Positions 26,535 to 36,114 of a stretch of DNA of 64,000 nucleotides are shown piece after piece (position 1 is the first letter of the stretch; every line of letters starts with the position of its first letter). Made by a program: the position numbers and the translations under genes. Source of the stretch: an uncultured Mycoplasmatota bacterium (lineage in GTDB: Bacteria; Bacillota_I; Bacilli_A; RF39; UBA660); NCBI GenBank assembly GCA_945919295.1, contig CAMEJC010000001.1, positions 16,973 to 80,972 of the forward strand, in the 5' to 3' direction. Below the pieces are notes generated by a model that ran no database searches, was not told the origin of the DNA, and saw only the letters and a list, made by a program, of their open reading frames with translations.

Positions 26535-28124
26535 TTATTTTTGTTTTAAGTGAAAAATAATTTCAGAATAAGCCTTTTTATTTTTTTCAGTTCTATTAAG
26601 AACAGGTCTTTTGAATTGTTCTACAATTTTCATTCCTGCTTTTTCTGCTATAGTTGGATAAAGATTATATTTGTCGTTAGCTACTAAAAAGACATCATAA
26701 TCATCGGCCAGGTATTGTTTGCAATTATTAAGAACATCCGAAATACCTTCGATGTATGACAGTTGAGCTTCTAATTTTTGTCCTTTGAATAATGGTCCTA
26801 TTTCAAGTTCATCGTTACGCTTAAACCCAAACAAATCGTAGGCATAAGCATGTTGTTCATGATAATCTATTAAACCCACATAAGGTGGTGATGAAAAAAT
26901 GCCCTTTATTTTCTTTGATTTAACTAAGTCGGCAAAATCTTGGTTCGTTGATTTCAATTGATCAATAATGTTAATTGACCGACTATCTCCTGTTATACAA
27001 TATTGATAAGTGTTGGTTCTGAGTGCATCAAAAATCTGTAACCTTTTAATGGTATCCTTTGTATAAGTTTCCCACCATTTCAGAATAGAGAATAAAGGTT
27101 TGCACATTTTGCCATGTTTATGACAATAATATGTAGTTGTAACAGGTTCTAATAAAGTAGCCAAATCAGCATGTGTAGTAGCACGACAGCTACGAATTGT
27201 TCGACTTAATATAACGCTAATTATCTTTTTAGTTGAAGACTTTTGAATCTCTTTTATCTTCTCAAATACAAAATCAATCTCTGCTCTTACATTTGGGAAA
27301 TACCATTTGTCAAGAAATGTTTCGTTTTTATCTTGTCGAAGTTTTATTCCATATTTATTTACAATATCATTATAGGTATCAAGAAATTTTTTTTCATAGA
27401 CTACAGAATATTCTTTTTCGTTTATTTCTTTTTGTTGTAATCTGTACTTGTAATCGGGAACAGGGAAATATAAGTTGTTGAACTCATTAAGTTTTTGAGT
27501 TAGTTCATCATCAAAATCACGAATATGAGATTCAAAAACAAATTGTTTTAGTGCCTCTGTTATTCTTTTTGTTTCCTTAATAACATCTGAAATGTCATAT
27601 TTCATTACTTTACAATTGCCGATTAAGGCATTGAAAGCAGAAACATCTATGCCTATTGCATGAAGACCCATTTCACAAGCTTGAACCATTGTTGTTCCAC
27701 TTCCAGAAAAAGGGTCTAAAACTATATCACCTTTTTGAAAATAAACATCTTTTTTGAAGTTGTCAGTATGGTCGTCTAAAAAGTATTCTACCAACTGAGG
27801 GATATATTTTCCTTTATAAGGATGTAATCTATGTACGTGTTTGGTTGTGTCAGTTTCTTTTAGATTATCAAATGATAAAGCCCAATTCAAATCGTTTCCC
27901 AATTTTTCTTTCCATTCAACTTCTCTTTTTCCTTTAGCTGATTCATAATATGATACTAAATCTGCTTTACTAATCATTGTAGAGCCATTTTCTACATATT
28001 TTTTTACTTTTCCATATTGAACAAGGTACATAATATTGGATGTGGTAACATTTTTGCCTGTAAAATCAGTTGCAAATAAAGATGCTTCTTTGATTGTTAT
28101 TAAATCTTTTAAGTTATTTGTCAT
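26535..28124 (-). CDS. DNA methyltransferase (motif I before motif IV; N6A/N4C)
   Basis: VLDPFSGSGTT (motif I), then a long insert, then FSSPPY (motif IV); flanked by near-identical 47-bp direct repeats. Confidence 0.7.
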   Translation of the reverse strand: MTNNLKDLITIKEASLFATDFTGKNVTTSNIMYLVQYGKVKKYVENGSTMISKADLVSYYESAKGKREVEWKEKLGNDLNWALSFDNLKETDTTKHVHRLHPYKGKYIPQLVEYFLDDHTDNFKKDVYFQKGDIVLDPFSGSGTTMVQACEMGLHAIGIDVSAFNALIGNCKVMKYDISDVIKETKRITEALKQFVFESHIRDFDDELTQKLNEFNNLYFPVPDYKYRLQQKEINEKEYSVVYEKKFLDTYNDIVNKYGIKLRQDKNETFLDKWYFPNVRAEIDFVFEKIKEIQKSSTKKIISVILSRTIRSCRATTHADLATLLEPVTTTYYCHKHGKMCKPLFSILKWWETYTKDTIKRLQIFDALRTNTYQYCITGDSRSINIIDQLKSTNQDFADLVKSKKIKGIFSSPPYVGLIDYHEQHAYAYDLFGFKRNDELEIGPLFKGQKLEAQLSYIEGISDVLNNCKQYLADDYDVFLVANDKYNLYPTIAEKAGMKIVEQFKRPVLNRTEKNKKAYSEIIFHLKQK

Positions 28125-28199
28125 ATTATAAAATAGTTGGTTTATACTTTATAAATATATAATTTTTTTAGTGAAAAAATGAGTGAAGATTTATATCAT

Positions 28200-28246
28200 C
28201 AAATAAAACAAAAAAGTCGAGATATTATCTATATTTGTTTATAAAA
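28200..28246. repeat. 47-bp direct repeat (copy 2) flanking the MTase gene
   Basis: CAAATAAAACAAAAAAGTCGAGATATTATCTATATTTGTTTATAAAA. Confidence 0.7.
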
Positions 28247-28332
28247 TAAATAATAGTCATATTTATGAGTTTTTTTTATTAGTTAAAATCTATTTATTAT
28301 AGATAATAATCAATTTTAAATAATATGAAATA

Positions 28333-29490
28333 ATGAAAATAAATAGAAAAGAATTTTTTAACTTATTATCAGAAAGTGTAAGAGAAGTATGTTATAAACA
28401 TAATTTAATTAATGAATATGCTTTTGATTCGAATGAGAACGATGTTGTTCAAATTCCATTTAAGGAACAATTAGATGAATTTGAATTAACTGATAATGGT
28501 AATTTACCTCAAGATGGAGAATCACACACTCCTGAACAAATAGCAATTAGAATGGTATTAGCAGGAAAAGAATCATTAGAAAATGGTTCACGTCCATCAC
28601 CTGTAATAACTAATGTAGATAAATGGTGGTGGGGTGATTATGGCCAGGAAAACAGACCATCATTGCAATATGGTAAAATATCATTTAAGTTTGGTGATGA
28701 GATTGAAACAATTAATGTTAATGGTAGACTTTATGATTTAGATAATTTAATAAGTAGAGCAATAAAAGACGTAGAGAGAGCACCATTAGACGATATGCCA
28801 CATACAGATGAAGAGATATTCAATCACTTATCATTATGTGTAGATTCTGGAATAGGTTCATTTACAACTGATACTGAATATTGGTTTTTAGGTAAAAATA
28901 CGGATACTAAACCTGTTATTCCAACTGATTTAAGTAATGTAATCGTTTCTTTATATGTTTATGATGATACACATGAGGTTTATGTAGGAACATTGTCTCT
29001 TAACTTGGAATATCGTTCATTTAACGATTTACACGATTTAAGAATGAGAGGTCAAAAAATGTTAGAAAATGGTTTAGAAAATTATCAAAATGAAGAAGAT
29101 GAAGATTCTATAAAATTAGAATATAGAGGTGAAGTTTATGCAACATTCACTAAAGACGAAATTTCTTCATTAAAACCAAGAGAAGGACTTAAAAAAATGT
29201 CAGACTTTAATGGAGATAAATTAATTTCTGCAATAAAATTCATTAAAGAATTAGGAAACGGTGGTATAAATTCTTTAAGAAATAAATTCAAAGAAACTAT
29301 TAAAACTGAAGAACAAAAGAAAGAAGTTTATAAAGAATATGCTGATATTCTAAACTATATTACATTTGCTACTAAAGAAAAATATGGAAATAAATCTAAT
29401 GAATATGATAGAGTAAAAATCTTAATTAACAACATTAAAAATATTATTTCCGTTAACCTTAAACGATTAGACATTAATAACAATGAATAA
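28333..29490 (+). CDS. hypothetical protein
   Basis: 385-aa ORF; a lone + strand gene inside the - strand region; terminator 29503-29536. Confidence 0.45.
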   Translation: MKINRKEFFNLLSESVREVCYKHNLINEYAFDSNENDVVQIPFKEQLDEFELTDNGNLPQDGESHTPEQIAIRMVLAGKESLENGSRPSPVITNVDKWWWGDYGQENRPSLQYGKISFKFGDEIETINVNGRLYDLDNLISRAIKDVERAPLDDMPHTDEEIFNHLSLCVDSGIGSFTTDTEYWFLGKNTDTKPVIPTDLSNVIVSLYVYDDTHEVYVGTLSLNLEYRSFNDLHDLRMRGQKMLENGLENYQNEEDEDSIKLEYRGEVYATFTKDEISSLKPREGLKKMSDFNGDKLISAIKFIKELGNGGINSLRNKFKETIKTEEQKKEVYKEYADILNYITFATKEKYGNKSNEYDRVKILINNIKNIISVNLKRLDINNNE

Positions 29491-29502
29491 TATATAAAAA
29501 AA

Positions 29503-29536
29503 AATAGTCAACATTAATTTGCTGACTATTTTTTTA
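29503..29536 (+). terminator. rho-independent terminator
   Basis: ATAGTCAACATTAATTTGCTGACTAT hairpin plus TTTTTTT. Confidence 0.55.
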
Positions 29537-29539
29537 TTG

Positions 29540-29611
29540 TGTTCCTATTGGGATTCGAACCCAAATTTTAAGTTTAGAAGACTCATGTTCTATCCCTTGA
29601 ACTATAGGAAC
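29540..29611 (-). tRNA. tRNA-Arg(TCT)
   Basis: Hand-folded cloverleaf: acceptor GTTCCTA/TAGGAAC, D-arm GTTC/GAAC, anticodon arm TGAGT-CTTCTAA-ACTTA (anticodon TCT), T-arm GGGTTCGAATCCC. Confidence 0.8.
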
Positions 29612-29618
29612 AAAAATA

Positions 29619-29825
29619 TTATACTATATAATTAGCACAATGTTCAATAAATGAATCTATATATTTATCATCATAAAAACAATCAATATTATCTTTAAAT
29701 TGTACCATTCTTGCTACTCCGTAATATTTGTCTATATAATTAAATACAAACTGTCCATCACGCCAATCTTTAGGTTTATTTTTAAGAGCACCCATTACTT
29801 CTTCTTTAAGTTTACTTACTAACAT
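29619..29825 (-). CDS. hypothetical protein
   Basis: 68-aa ORF. Confidence 0.35.
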   Translation of the reverse strand: MLVSKLKEEVMGALKNKPKDWRDGQFVFNYIDKYYGVARMVQFKDNIDCFYDDKYIDSFIEHCANYIV

Positions 29826-29936
29826 ATTTAATCAATTTTTTTAAAATTTGTTCTTTCAAAAATAAAAATCTTATCATATATATTATAATAAAATATTCTA
29901 TATTTTCAAGGATTTAAGTTATTTATTTTTAATAAA

Positions 29937-30323
29937 TTATTCTAATACCTTGGTGAATTTTTTTATAGTCTTGTCACTACTATCTTTGTACATAAATGTT
30001 TCCTTACTAAGAAAAAGTATTCTGTGATATACTTTCTTGTCAGCTATTCTAATTATAATATAGAATTGCCCCAAGAGTGGTTTTTTCACCAACGTCCATT
30101 CGAACTTTTGTGCTTCGTCTTCGGTTACATCGTCGGCTGTGTCCCATGTAGTGTAGGTGTGGTCAGAGGAATAAGTTTCGTACAAAGTACCCAATTGCCA
30201 TTTGCCAATAATCAACGCCTCGTCTAAATTGTCGTCGTTTTTAGTACAACTGCTAAACAGGCACACTGCTAACAACAAACAGATATTTGAAAAGAAAAGT
30301 GTTTTTTTCATTGTTTTATTCAT
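29937..30323 (-). CDS. lipoprotein (Bacteroidota-type surface-export signal)
   Basis: Signal peptide ending LFSSC followed by TKNDDNLDE (Cys plus acidic LES-like motif). Confidence 0.5.
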   Translation of the reverse strand: MNKTMKKTLFFSNICLLLAVCLFSSCTKNDDNLDEALIIGKWQLGTLYETYSSDHTYTTWDTADDVTEDEAQKFEWTLVKKPLLGQFYIIIRIADKKVYHRILFLSKETFMYKDSSDKTIKKFTKVLE

Positions 30324-30751
30324 ACATATATGTTATATATTACTTTACATACATTATTTACATCACTCTTTGTAAACTTAGTAGTATTGTATTTACAATC
30401 AAAGTTCCAACCAACCTCTTCAGGTGCTCCTTTTAAGTCTATTAGGTTGTTCTCACTACAATCAAATCCTCCTCCTACCTTTTTCGGTGCACCTTTTAAT
30501 GTTTTTAAGTTATTTACGGAGCAATCAAAATCTCCTTTTACTTCTTTTGGTACCCCTTTAAGTGACGTAAGATTGTTATAATTACAACAGAAGTTACCAT
30601 TAACTACTCCAAATTTGATGTAATTAGGAAAATTAATAAGATTATTATTTACTAAAATCACATCTCCATCTACATCAACTTCTCCTTTGTCGTTGATTGT
30701 ATAATTTGTAATATTATATTGTTTCAACCAATTTTCAATTTGTGTCTTCAT
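30320..30751 (-). CDS. small LRR-repeat protein (family with 32870 and 43824)
   Basis: Start set at MKTQIENWLKQY by paralogy; NNLTSLKGxPKxVxGxFDCS repeats of about 22 aa; the ORF-track extension MQYQNKKQMFNLLKE is read from the promoter/leader. Confidence 0.5.
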   Translation of the reverse strand: MKTQIENWLKQYNITNYTINDKGEVDVDGDVILVNNNLINFPNYIKFGVVNGNFCCNYNNLTSLKGVPKEVKGDFDCSVNNLKTLKGAPKKVGGGFDCSENNLIDLKGAPEEVGWNFDCKYNTTKFTKSDVNNVCKVIYNIYV

Positions 30752-30789
30752 AATAAATTCCCTTTCTTTTAATAGGTTAAACATTTGTT

Positions 30790-30852
30790 TTTTGTTTTGG
30801 TACTGCAAAGGTACGACAAATATTTCATATCGTAGCTAATTTTGTTTATAAA
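30790..30852 (-). promoter_or_regulatory. class-A promoter plus conserved leader
   Basis: Reverse complement reads TTTTATAAACAAAATTAGCTACGATATGAAATATTTGTCGTACCTTTGCAGTACCAAAACAAAAAACAAATG. Confidence 0.6.
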
Positions 30853-31165
30853 AATAAAGCTAAAAAATATTCGATTTAAGGCATTTAATTTTGGTTAGAC
30901 AATAATTTTATCATCAGAATATAGAAAGTGCCTCAGAACTTAAAAGAAGTGGCAAAAAATCGATTTTTACAATCTTCTTACCACTTATTTTAAATAAAAA
31001 CAAAATATTTTGTATTCTGCCGTTGATTTTACTTCATCCTATTTATTGATTGAATCACAATACTTGCTTGCAATTACTTTTGCTTGTTCGTCGTTGTTAG
31101 CAAATATATATAAACATATATAATCGGATATCTGAACAGCATATCGTTTTTCTTTTTCCATAATT

Positions 31166-31663
31166 TTAGTTCATCAATATAATCAACACAAAAATAACAA
31201 AAAGTACAATCAAAATAAAATACCTTATGATACCCCATAGAATATTATTTGGGTAGAATTGTAACCCATCTGGATAAATCACATGTGTCCCATACTTATC
31301 AATGTCGGTCAGAGTTTCTCGCAACTTCATAAGTGTGTTTGTTTTCTCAAGAGTAGAAGTACTATCTGAAAGATTAAGCAACTCATTGCGAGATGCACAC
31401 AGATTATTATACCAATACTCAACATCCTCGTCAGGTGTATTATATAATACAGATGTATAACCAGATGTATAACCTTTTGCCTCTGCATACTGAATAGCGG
31501 CGTCCAACTCTTTGACTGCCAACTCAACAGTGTTTGCATTAGCAGCTCGTTCCAGACGCCCAGAACAATTCTGTCTAAAATCAATGCGCTTGTAAATAAC
31601 TGCACATGCTCCAACAAGCATTAACAATGTTAGAAAAATAACTGTAATTTGTTTCAAACTCAT
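31166..31663 (-). CDS. membrane protein (N- and C-terminal TM)
   Basis: 165 aa; TM helices at both ends; G+C higher than neighbours. Confidence 0.45.
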   Translation of the reverse strand: MSLKQITVIFLTLLMLVGACAVIYKRIDFRQNCSGRLERAANANTVELAVKELDAAIQYAEAKGYTSGYTSVLYNTPDEDVEYWYNNLCASRNELLNLSDSTSTLEKTNTLMKLRETLTDIDKYGTHVIYPDGLQFYPNNILWGIIRYFILIVLFVIFVLIILMN

Positions 31664-31684
31664 GTTTTATATTTTAAAAGTTAA

Positions 31685-32014
31685 TTAATTGTCCATTTCT
31701 TTCTGAAGTTTAATGATCTTCTCGACCCACTCTGCATATTCTTCTGCATAATTACGTACTTCGTGATAACCGTAAGAATGACCTACCTCCCACGCCTGAC
31801 TAACTACAATTTGAGCCTGTTCGTAACTCATTTTATACTCTCCTGAAATTTCTTTTGTAAGGTTATCAAGAAAAGTCTCTTTCTCTGACTGCGCACGACG
31901 ACGTTCCTCCTCGCGGATTTGTCGGGCTTCTTCATCAAATTTTTCTTTTTGTTTTAGAACTTGCACTTCCCAAGCTGTTCTACGAGACTCAAGTTCTTTC
32001 ATTCTTTCATTCAT
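31685..32014 (-). CDS. coiled-coil hypothetical protein
   Basis: 109 aa, rich in charged heptads. Confidence 0.4.
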   Translation of the reverse strand: MNERMKELESRRTAWEVQVLKQKEKFDEEARQIREEERRRAQSEKETFLDNLTKEISGEYKMSYEQAQIVVSQAWEVGHSYGYHEVRNYAEEYAEWVEKIIKLQKEMDN

Positions 32015-32045
32015 AATGTAATCTCCTTTTTATTGAATTTATATT

Positions 32046-32717
32046 TTATTCCCAATTTTTATAATATTCATTACAATCATTAGCTGTCCCTAAAAGATGT
32101 TCGTTTCCTTCATATGGAATACATTGTTTGCCCGAATTACCACCTAATACATGGAAAAAGTTGTCACTAAAAAATCCAAATATTGCTGCTTCCCAAATAC
32201 ATTTACTATCAAGTCTTACTAACACTTTACTCTCAAATGGTTTCAACGTGGTGATGTCGAATTTAGTTTTTTCTAAAGTTTTGGTTTTGGCATCCCAATG
32301 ATAATTATTTTCTTTAAGAATATCAAATAATTTTTGTTTTTCTTCTTCAGTTGCAAACCGTATTTCAGAAATATGTTCTTTATCACAAAGTGGTGAATCA
32401 TTTATATATATAGAAGTATCAAATGTGCAAATAGGAACTGCTACATATTTATAAATGTATCTCTTATTTTCATTTTCTTTGAAAATAAAGATCCAACTAT
32501 TAAGAGATGTAACAAACAATATATCACCATCTTTAAACTCGGACTCAATTAATTTATCCGAATTTTTTGGTTTTACTCGATAGTTGAAGTTTTTCCAATC
32601 CCATAAAGGTTCTATATTCATATCTGTCCATTTATTAGGAATAGCACCATAAATTTGAATTTGCTCACCTCTCTCGTAAGCTTGCATGATTTCAATTTTC
32701 TCTTTTGTTGTTGCCAT
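32046..32717 (-). CDS. hypothetical protein, family A (MQAYERGE...CIPYEGNEHLLGT)
   Basis: Shares N-term TKEKIEIMQAYERGE, internal IRFATEEEKQKLFD and C-term CIPYEGNEHLLGTxxDCxxYYKNWE with 33392, 35621 and 48077. Confidence 0.5.
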   Translation of the reverse strand: MATTKEKIEIMQAYERGEQIQIYGAIPNKWTDMNIEPLWDWKNFNYRVKPKNSDKLIESEFKDGDILFVTSLNSWIFIFKENENKRYIYKYVAVPICTFDTSIYINDSPLCDKEHISEIRFATEEEKQKLFDILKENNYHWDAKTKTLEKTKFDITTLKPFESKVLVRLDSKCIWEAAIFGFFSDNFFHVLGGNSGKQCIPYEGNEHLLGTANDCNEYYKNWE

Positions 32718-32761
32718 AATAGTTTTTCTTTATTTTAATAGATTAAACATTTGTTTTTTGA

Positions 32762-32818
32762 TTTCGAGTACAAAGGTACAACAAATGTTTCATATAGTAA
32801 CTAATTTTGTTTATAAAA
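32762..32818 (-). promoter_or_regulatory. class-A promoter
   Basis: Same consensus (…GTACCTTTGTACTCG). Confidence 0.55.
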
Positions 32819-32869
32819 TTGAGGATAAAAAAAGTTGAACCCATTATCAAGTAAATCATAATAGTGTTT

Positions 32870-33388
32870 TCACACAAGTATCTTATCTTTTACTTTACAC
32901 ACCTTCCTCACATCTTCCTCTGAGAAAATTGACAAATTAGTCCTATTATAGTTACAAACAAACATTCCTCGAACCACTTTCGGAGCACCTTCTAATGACG
33001 TGAGACGATTAAAACTACAATAAAAGTCTTCTCCGACATTTTTAGGTGATCCTTCAAGTGATGTGAGCTGATTACCACTACAGCTAAAAAATCCTTTAAC
33101 CTCTTTAGGAGCCTCTTCAAGAGATGTAAGCTGATTACCACTACAACTAAAATATCCTTTAACTTTTTTTGGTGCTCCTTTAAGAGAGGTGAGACCAATA
33201 TAAGAACAATCGAAGTACCCATTAACAGTACCAAACTGTATAAACGTAGGAAACCTCGTAAGATTACGACTACTTAAATCTACACTTCCGTTTACATCTA
33301 TCTCACAGTTGGTATTGATGGTATAGTTTTTTATACCATACTTCTTTAGCCATCTTTTGGCTAACCATTTTTTAATTAGAGTTTTCAT
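32870..33388 (-). CDS. small LRR-repeat protein
   Basis: MKTLIKKWLAKRWLKKYGIKNYTIN N-term; GNQLTSLEEAPKEVKGFFSCS repeats. Confidence 0.5.
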   Translation of the reverse strand: MKTLIKKWLAKRWLKKYGIKNYTINTNCEIDVNGSVDLSSRNLTRFPTFIQFGTVNGYFDCSYIGLTSLKGAPKKVKGYFSCSGNQLTSLEEAPKEVKGFFSCSGNQLTSLEGSPKNVGEDFYCSFNRLTSLEGAPKVVRGMFVCNYNRTNLSIFSEEDVRKVCKVKDKILV

Positions 33389-33391
33389 ATC

Positions 33392-34219
33392 TTATTCCCA
33401 ATTTTTATAAAATTTATCACAATCGTCTCTTGTACCCAAGAGATGTTCATTTCCTTCATAAGGAATACATTGTCTCAAGCAAGTGCCTCCTACTATACAA
33501 TATGGTGTAAGATTATTTTTTATATAATATCCAAATATAGCAGGTTTCCAAGGATAACCATAATTATGTCTTACTAACACTTTAGTCTCAAATGGTATCA
33601 AATCATTAGTGTCAAATTTGTTAGGAATCAATTCATAATTATCTTGTTCTTTAATATCAATCATTTTTCCTATTATTTCATTTATTCCATCTAGATTGTA
33701 TACTCCACCACCACATACGTTTGATAAAAAGGATGATACTTTATAAGTATTCCCATTTAATTTATGTCTAATCCTATCACCAGCCTTAAACTTTGGCTTA
33801 ATTAAAATTTCTAAAGTTTTAGTTTCGTCATTCCAATGAAAACCATTTGCTTTAATGCAATCAAATAGTTTTTGTTTTTCTTCTTCAGTAGCAAAACGAA
33901 TTTTAGAAACTTTAAAACCAAGTGGTGAATCAGTTATAAATACCGAAGAATCAGTTGTGCAAGCAGAAACTGCTACATATTGATATATGTATTCCTTATT
34001 TTCATTTTCTTTGTAGATAAAAATCCAACTATGAGTATCTTCAAGAAACAATATATCTCCATCATGAAACTTTGATTTTACTCGATAGTCGGTATTTAAC
34101 CAATCCCACGTCGGAATAAACGCGTCAATCCATTTTCCGCCATTTCGTTTGAGCTCTATCTTCTCGCCTCTTTCGTAGGCTTGCATGATTTCGATTTTCT
34201 CTTTTGTTGTTTTTGCCAT
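33392..34219 (-). CDS. hypothetical protein, family A
   Basis: MAKTTKEKIEIMQAYERGE ... CIPYEGNEHLLGTRDDCDKFYKNWE. Confidence 0.5.
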   Translation of the reverse strand: MAKTTKEKIEIMQAYERGEKIELKRNGGKWIDAFIPTWDWLNTDYRVKSKFHDGDILFLEDTHSWIFIYKENENKEYIYQYVAVSACTTDSSVFITDSPLGFKVSKIRFATEEEKQKLFDCIKANGFHWNDETKTLEILIKPKFKAGDRIRHKLNGNTYKVSSFLSNVCGGGVYNLDGINEIIGKMIDIKEQDNYELIPNKFDTNDLIPFETKVLVRHNYGYPWKPAIFGYYIKNNLTPYCIVGGTCLRQCIPYEGNEHLLGTRDDCDKFYKNWE

Positions 34220-34260
34220 AATAGTTTTTATTTATTACTATGATTATTTTATCTTTATTC

Positions 34261-34542
34261 TTATTTTCCTCTATTAAACATTTTTTTAATAGAATTTTTA
34301 ATTAAACACCATAAAGTTGGTATAAACGCTTCACATGGTTTCTGTAAAGGAACATTACGACTATTAAATATATAATCTTTTGCGATGCAATGATATCTTG
34401 GATAACGTGTATTAGAACTTGGCGATAAATAAGTCTCGCCTGGAAAATGGCTCAAATTACTACAGTTTTTACAATTTAATGAGTAATCTTCATAATTTTG
34501 ACTTTTCATAATAATTTCCATTTCTTTTAATAGGTTAAACAT
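34261..34542 (-). CDS. Cys-rich hypothetical protein
   Basis: 93 aa; N-term MFNLLKEMEIIM comes from the conserved leader, so MKSQNY is an alternative start; no full promoter upstream. Confidence 0.4.
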   Translation of the reverse strand: MFNLLKEMEIIMKSQNYEDYSLNCKNCSNLSHFPGETYLSPSSNTRYPRYHCIAKDYIFNSRNVPLQKPCEAFIPTLWCLIKNSIKKMFNRGK

Positions 34543-34874
34543 TTTTTAATTTCAAGTTTTCCTTCATCAATTGTTTCAATAGTTAATTCTATTCTATTTT
34601 TACATCCTCCACAAAGTCCTATAATACACCCATCAAGAAGTGTCTCTGATATATTACATGCAGGTAGTCTTAATTTATATACATCTTTATCACAAGATGG
34701 TTTCCCCCAAAGACCTGTTTTCCAAAAATAATCTCTACTATTTTTTATTTGCTTTAAAAAGCGTTCATTTACTTCACAATAATCATACGAAGAAAAAACA
34801 ATTTCTTTTGCGTCAGTATTAAAATTTCTGGTGATTGTTCTTGTTAATACAAATAATTGTTTATTGCTTTGCAT
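34527..34874 (-). CDS. hypothetical protein (LRLPAC motif)
   Basis: 115 aa; shares the YxLRLPAC motif with 34879-35079. Confidence 0.4.
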   Translation of the reverse strand: MQSNKQLFVLTRTITRNFNTDAKEIVFSSYDYCEVNERFLKQIKNSRDYFWKTGLWGKPSCDKDVYKLRLPACNISETLLDGCIIGLCGGCKNRIELTIETIDEGKLEIKKCLTY

Positions 34875-34878
34875 ATTC

Positions 34879-35079
34879 TTATTCTCCTTTATCTAAAATT
34901 ATATCTGATATACTACATGCACATGCTGGTAGCCTTAATGGATATACAAATTCAGCATCTATTGTATGAGCGCTAAATTCAACTCTATTCCGAGGGACAT
35001 CAATATTTACTATTCTACCTTTTATTGAGCCATCTTCATTTTGTACCCAATCTCCTATCTTTAACTCATTCACTTTCAT
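34879..35079 (-). CDS. hypothetical protein (LRLPAC motif)
   Basis: 66-aa ORF. Confidence 0.4.
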   Translation of the reverse strand: MKVNELKIGDWVQNEDGSIKGRIVNIDVPRNRVEFSAHTIDAEFVYPLRLPACACSISDIILDKGE

Positions 35080-35083
35080 ATTT

Positions 35084-35533
35084 TTATTCTCCTTTCTCTA
35101 AAATCTTTTCAAGTGCTTTATTGATACCAGCTTCTTGAGCTTCTTCATAAGTAATATAAGATATTGGACTACCTAACCAAAATTTATCTCCATGTAATAA
35201 AATATTATATATATAAGCACTCATATCTGAATTAGGAGATATCTCAATATGGGTATTTTTTACCTCTCTCAACCATCTTTGTGCTACATCGAGAGTTGGT
35301 GTTGAAACAAAATTAGTAGTCTTTTTTTGATTTATGAAAGCATAAAATAAATTATCACTACCTCCTTTTTCAAAATCTTTTCTTGGCATGTTCCAATTAA
35401 AATACTTGTCATACTTATAAATTTTTTTTGATTTCCCAATATAACAAGTTTCACTTTCCCAATCAAAACCTGCTTTTTTTAATATTTTTGCTACTTCAAG
35501 CGATACATAGCATTCATGATTTACTGTTTCCAT
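35084..35533 (-). CDS. hypothetical protein, family B (METVNHECYVSLEVAK...ILEKGE)
   Basis: Paralog of 36115 and 49478; conserved APTLDVAQRWLREV and YEEAQEAGI(N/K)KALExILEKGE. Confidence 0.5.
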   Translation of the reverse strand: METVNHECYVSLEVAKILKKAGFDWESETCYIGKSKKIYKYDKYFNWNMPRKDFEKGGSDNLFYAFINQKKTTNFVSTPTLDVAQRWLREVKNTHIEISPNSDMSAYIYNILLHGDKFWLGSPISYITYEEAQEAGINKALEKILEKGE

Positions 35534-35620
35534 AATAAAAATACTTTATTTTAATAGGTTAAATATTTGTCTTAATTTCTAATCTAAAGATACGATTTTT
35601 TGATATAACTTAAAAACTGA

Positions 35621-36037
35621 TTATTTTTCAGTCAAAATTTGTTTCCCACATGGTGTGTTATCAAGAAACACATAATCATCAAACATTTTACATACATGAT
35701 TTAATTCATCACGAATGCCATTCATTACCAAAAGAACTCTTCCTTGTGAATCTACGAATGCACAACATACTACTCCAGTGTTTGTACTCTTAACTTCAAC
35801 TCCATGTTCTTTTTGTGCCTCCAAAAACTCATACGGAGTATCAAACGGAATATACTTTGGTTTTGGTTTTACACGATAATCTGCATATCCCCAATTCCAC
35901 ATTGGATTCTCGCATAATGTCCACTCGCCATGGTTGTAATTTTCTATCAGCTCACCTCTCTCGTAGGCTTGCATAATTTCAATTTTTTCTCTTATAGTTT
36001 TCATAATAGTTTTCATTTCTTTTAATAGGTTAAACAT
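35621..36037 (-). CDS. hypothetical protein, family A (short)
   Basis: IREKIEIMQAYERGE after the leader-derived MFNLLKEMKTIM; the true start may be M8 or M12. Confidence 0.45.
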   Translation of the reverse strand: MFNLLKEMKTIMKTIREKIEIMQAYERGELIENYNHGEWTLCENPMWNWGYADYRVKPKPKYIPFDTPYEFLEAQKEHGVEVKSTNTGVVCCAFVDSQGRVLLVMNGIRDELNHVCKMFDDYVFLDNTPCGKQILTEK

Positions 36038-36049
36038 CCGTTTTTTGAT

Positions 36050-36105
36050 TTCAAGTACAAAGGTACAACAAATAGTTCATATAGTAACTAATTTTGTTTA
36101 TAAAT
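36050..36105 (-). promoter_or_regulatory. class-A promoter
   Basis: Same consensus. Confidence 0.55.
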
Positions 36106-36114
36106 CTATCATTT

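Noticed and set aside
30752-30808. N-terminal extensions MQYQNKKQ... / MLYQSKTIKIKF / MYSKSKNKYLL / MLKPFCTFAV / MLVGMDKNNY / MHCFYVINKTY on several ORF-track proteins
   Set aside because: These residues are translations of the conserved promoter element (GCAGTACCAAAACAAAAA...). Starts were moved to the paralogy-supported internal ATG that follows the conserved leader
30860-31000. Possible terminator hairpin AAGAAGTGG...CCACTT near 30935-30975
   Set aside because: The stem is imperfect and there is no clean T-run on either strand; left unannotated
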